Below are positions 59,560 through 64,000 of a stretch of DNA of 64,000 nucleotides, one piece after another. How positions within the stretch are numbered: position 1 is the stretch's first letter; each line of letters starts with the position of its first letter. The notes under the pieces are model-generated. The model saw nothing but the letters and a program-made list of their open reading frames with translations. It did no database searches and was not told where the DNA came from. Position numbers and translations under genes: made by a program. This DNA comes from Mobula hypostoma (Eukaryota), in NCBI RefSeq assembly GCF_963921235.1, contig NC_086108.1:96660001-96724000 (forward strand), read 5' to 3'.

Positions 59560-59820
59560 GACCCTTTTGCCAATTAACTGTCCAGCTCTTGGATCCATCC
59601 CTCCCCCTCCTGTCTTCTCCAATCATTTTGGATCTCCCCCTACCCCTCCCACTTTCAAATCTCTTACTAGCTCTTCTTTCAGTTAGTCCTGACGAAGGGT
59701 CTTGACCCAAAACGTCGACTGTACCTCTTCCTAGAGATGCTGCCTGGCCTGCTGAGTTCACCAGCAACTTTGATGTGTGTTGCTTGAATTTCCAGCATCT
59801 GCAGAATTCCTCGTGTTTGT
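59560..59820 (+). mobile_element. Penelope pLTR with hammerhead motif (59685-59720, core G12 replaced by A)
   Basis: AGTC CTGACGA A GGGT CTTG ACCC AAAA CGTC GACT; highly similar to 37975-38230. Confidence 0.88.
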
Positions 59821-60837
59821 GACTGTAAGTTTTAATGACATTCTTTCCAGGCAAAGTTTAGGACTAGCATGAATTTTAAATCTTCATTCCAGGACAACCC
59901 TATTCAAAAATTGAAAATAAGCTTTATTTCTCAGAAGTACATTGAAACATACAGTGAAATGCATCATTTGTGCCAAATCAAATCATCGAGACTGTGCTGG
60001 GGACAGCCCTGGATTGTTGCCAAACTTCAGGTGTCGATATAGCATGCCCACAACTTATTGACCCTGACTCTAGGTCTTTGAAATGTGAGACTCCTTACAG
60101 GCAGCAGCAGGAATTGAACCCCAATCAGTAATAGTATATGGGAACTGCTACACTGAATTGACCACAGGACCCACCGATCACGGAAAAGCTGGTCTCAAAC
60201 TCCAGACCCGCCGATGAAGGGATCCTGAACACACTGATTCACGAACCCGGGTGACTGCTGTATCTCACTCCACCTGCCTGCGTGGAACTCTGACCACTAA
60301 CAACTTGTTGGACCTGGTGGAGCCACCAGCTTTCATCCACATTAGTCTATTGGCTGGACATCCTAGCCCAGTCCATAACTGTCCCACGTCCGTGTCTCTG
60401 ACCTTTGAAGGCATAGTGGAGACTTGCAGTTTAAGACTCCAGCCTATCTAATTCCTCTAATTTACCTATATCCCTGTCCCTAAAACCCGATCCTGACCCC
60501 CATCTCTCTTCCCTGTCCCCAGAAACACAAAAAAAACCTCATTAAAAAACAACAAAAACTGAGCCGCAACCTCAGTGGAGGTCGCAGCTCAGTGCCATTT
60601 TTTAAATCTTTTAAATTTTATTTTTCAATTTAGCATTTTAAAATATTTTTTCCTTTCAGGGCGCTTAAAGGGTGAACTTCTGCAGATGTTCGCCTGCTTA
60701 TCTGACTCAAGTGTGACGATGGAGCTGTGAACAAAAGAGACAAGTGATATTTTCTTTCACAAAGTTTTATGAAGCTAGAATGAACAAGAGCCGCAATGAA
60801 GTTAGCATCTGGAAAAGACTGAGTGTCATGACTTATG

Positions 60838-61122
60838 TGGGCACGTGGCCAAGTGGTTAAGGCCTGAAGGTCGTGAGTTTGAGCCCCAGCCGAGGGAACG
60901 TGTTGTGTCCTTGAGCAAGGCACTTAATCACACATTGCTCTGCGACAACACTGGTGCCAAGTTGTGTGGGTCCTAATGCCCTTCCCTTGGTCGACATTGG
61001 TGTCGTGGAGAGGGGAGACTTGCAGCGTGGACAATTGCTGGTCTTCCATACAACCTTGCCCAGGAGAGTGAAGACTTTCCAGGCACAGATCCATGGTCTC
61101 GCAAGACTAATGGATGCCTTTA
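60838..61122 (+). mobile_element. tRNA-derived SINE with CORE-like domain
   Basis: TGGCCAAGTGGTTAAGG A box, GAGTTTGAGCC B-box-like, gtgtccttgagcaaggcacttaa. Confidence 0.7.
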
Positions 61123-62039
61123 CATGAGTTATACAGAAGGAGCATGTGGATGCCATTTGCAGGCAGTAGAAGGTGTGCAGCCAGTAGCTCTTTGGGAATG
61201 AGCCAGGATGAGGCGTTCGGAACTTCTGTTGGTGATTCTGTAGCTCTGGGTTTTTATACGATGGAGTTGCTAGTCCCATGCCCAACCATCCTCCTTTTGC
61301 AGACTGGCTTGGAACTGTCCATGGGGAAGTAACTTTGCATAAATTCATCTCCATAGTTTCTCACAAATGTCAATACACCAATATATTTCTTAGGTCCCCA
61401 GTGTAACACACTTTATTGAACTCAGCCTATGCAGGATTGATCTGATCTTTCAAAACCAGATCTAGTTCAACATTATTAACGCTATGTCTGGAAGGAAAGT
61501 AATTGTCAATGATTCCCATTGAAATCCTGAATCAGAACTGGCAAGTTAATACCATCCCTCCCCTGCTGACATTCAGCTGAAAATATCTTGCCCCCATTAG
61601 TATCGCACATCTTTATTTCCTGATATCCAGTGCGTCCAGCTCATTATTTTCAATTGAACAAATGTATAAACTAAACAAAATCAGACAAGTCAATTATTTA
61701 ACATTTAAAAGGGATCCAACTTGTATTCATAGCCTGATGGTTCTGGTTTGTTATATGTGTACCATGTCATTTTCAAAAATATTTTTCTTTAGCATCTGCG
61801 ATTTTATGCTTGTAAGAAAACATGTCTGCACTGGTCTTTTGCTAATACCTAGGTATTGGTTTCGATTGCTCTATCACATCATTCATCATATCCAGTGGCA
61901 GCATGTTTGAATCCTGGCAGATCTCCACAATTGTCAGAGTTGTGGATGAAGTTAGCTTTCATATCACTTAATCTAGTCAGACATCTATATGTGTAATTGT
62001 TTATTAGGCATTGTGTCTTTCCCAAAAGTCAGCTGAAAA

Positions 62040-62655
62040 ACATTATTTATTTTTATTTTGAGATACAGTGCAACAACAGGCCCTTCCAGCCTAATGAGCT
62101 TGCACTGCCCAATTACATCCAATAGACAAATTGACATACTAACCTATCTTCCCCAGGGTTTGTCACATTGTTGCGGTGGAGAGGCTTGTGAGTTCTTGAC
62201 AGCAATGTGCCCGAGGCTTAGCTCCTGCTAGAGTCACCCATGGCATTAAGGTCAAGTAGGAGATTCCAGACAAAGAGCAGTCCAACCAAGACCTCAACAA
62301 TGGGGTTGGCAGAAGATGATGACACACCACAACGGCAAAGAAGTCTGAGGAAGGATGCAGCAATGAAGGGTCCCCAGTTGTCCCGCACTCCATCCCACTG
62401 GACCATGACCCCGATCTGTCAAGGACTGTGTGGTGGCTGCCCATGCATCATCCTCCCCACATTAAACAAAGTCACGCACAGGCATTCTCTGTTTAGATAA
62501 CCCATTCTAACATCTCAGTTATGCGGATCCTGGATCGGCCACTAAGCCACCTGAGGACCCACAAAAAGACAACCCCTTTGGAGAATATCGACCCAAGTGA
62601 TTGCAATACTACTATTAACCGTGTGTCTTTGGCGTGTAGAAGAAACCAGAGTAAT
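62040..62655. mobile_element. HE1-like SINE (minus strand) interrupted by an RTE-like insert (about 62150-62600)
   Basis: SINE tail at 62040-62148 resumes at 62600-62650; the insert resembles 5640-5935 (agggttacccatg / agagtcacccatg). Confidence 0.5.
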
Positions 62656-64000
62656 TTTTTTTTTACTTATGGAATCTTTTAGTGAATTTCTCCATTGCTT
62701 AGTTGCTGCTTGGTTCTGATCTTATTCATCAGATTGTTATTGCAAAATAACAATTCCTCCTTCCACCAGATTAATTGTGGAGCTACTTATGAATTGAGTT
62801 TTGGTCACCATCTGTGTCCCAATACTTGGTACCAAAACTTGAAGACATCAAGATATATATTTACTCTGATGTCACTTTACTTTTTCCCTCAAACACCACT
62901 CCAGATTTCTAATGATTATCTGATGTCCAACATTGAATGAGATGAATTGTTGAAACCCTCAACCAGTCCCTGGTTATATTTGTAGTTGTACAATGCTTTT
63001 CTGAATACCCTTCAACTTCCGTCCAACATAGAACTGTATACATCTGCTGATAGTTTCTTAACTCAGTTCAGTTTCATCCACCCATTATAACTGTTTTTGT
63101 CTTTACCAGCTTGCAGATTCCTTAAGGTTGTCATAGCCAGGGGGCAGCAGAGGTGGGTAGTGGGGATAAATTCCCGCTACCTATTAAGTGCTCCCAATGG
63201 TGTGTGTCTCAAATAGCCTCTGACAATCAAATCCAGCTCTTGGCCTTCCCGTATGGCTCCTGGCCTTAGCTACTAAACCTGGCAGAACTGTTTCTACTGA
63301 CAGGAAGAGGCAAAGGCAGGTTACTGGCACCTTAAAACCAGTCACTTCGGGCAGACGGGGCTTATCAGCCATGGCTGGCAGCACATCTAGGAGAAAGAAA
63401 ACTCTGAACTCAAGCCTCTGCCACCTTGCATCTATACCCACTCATGGAGAAGGCTTCAGGAGCAAACCCCAAGGAGAAATACAGAGCTGGAGTCCCTAAG
63501 GCAGCCCTGCGCTGAGTTCAATGCTGACTGACAACTCCTGTGATGCCGCTGGTGAGAAGTTGTATCAGTCTTTGCCATTCCTTTGGATTTATCAGCTGCG
63601 TGGACAGGGGGAGTCTGATGAACGGGCAACAACTTGCTCTCCGTACTATACTTACTGGATTGCTAACTTGCAGTGATGTCCAGATCAACCATGCCTCAAT
63701 TTTAAAAACTCATCCTTGCCTCACTGTGTCATTGAAATTAAGCAGCTTCTGCCAACTAGTTTTTGTTTAGAACACAGAATGTTACGCCACAGTGCTGATC
63801 CTTTGGCTGACCATAAGATCAATCTAATCTTTCCCATGTACAGAGCCCTCTGTTTTTCTATCATCATGTGCCTATCAATAGTGTTTCTTAAAGGCCCCTA
63901 ATCTATCTGCCTCTACTACCACCCCTGGCAGAGCATTACAGGCACTCTCCACTCTCTATGATTAAAAAAAACTTGTGTCTGACTCCAACCCCCCAATACT

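Noticed and set aside
60640..60830. Plus-strand acceptor ttttttcctttcAG near 60659 as an exon of a divergent gene such as CDC7
   Set aside because: Stops in all three frames soon after, no kinase motifs and no convincing donor; a non-coding exon cannot be excluded

Overview
Eukaryotic (vertebrate) genomic DNA, most likely from a cartilaginous fish. That assignment is an inference from HE1-like SINEs, abundant CR1 LINEs and Penelope-like elements. The window holds the 5' half of HFM1/MER3, the meiotic Ski2-like DNA helicase, on the minus strand. A CpG-rich promoter lies at about 57.5-58.0 kb and the ATG at 53859. Fourteen phase-compatible GT-AG coding exons run down to 3100 (1816 nt, about 605 codons), and the gene continues off the left edge. 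One intron (18839-19323) has full minor-spliceosome (U12) signals and contains a strong CTCF-like motif. The introns are packed with transposons: CR1, L1, L2/Rex-type, Hero-like RLE and Penelope-like retroelements, a solo LTR, Tc1/mariner and hAT derivatives, and SINEs, several of them nested. The most unusual signals are RNA-level: several minimal, dimer-type hammerhead ribozyme motifs in Penelope pseudo-LTRs, and a speculative re-ordered (pseudoknotted) hammerhead-like motif in the 3' UTR of the Hero-like element. I found no prokaryotic-type system, CRISPR array or second host gene. Repeat family names come from recognising motifs, not from database searches, and repeat boundaries are approximate unless target-site duplications (TSDs) are given.
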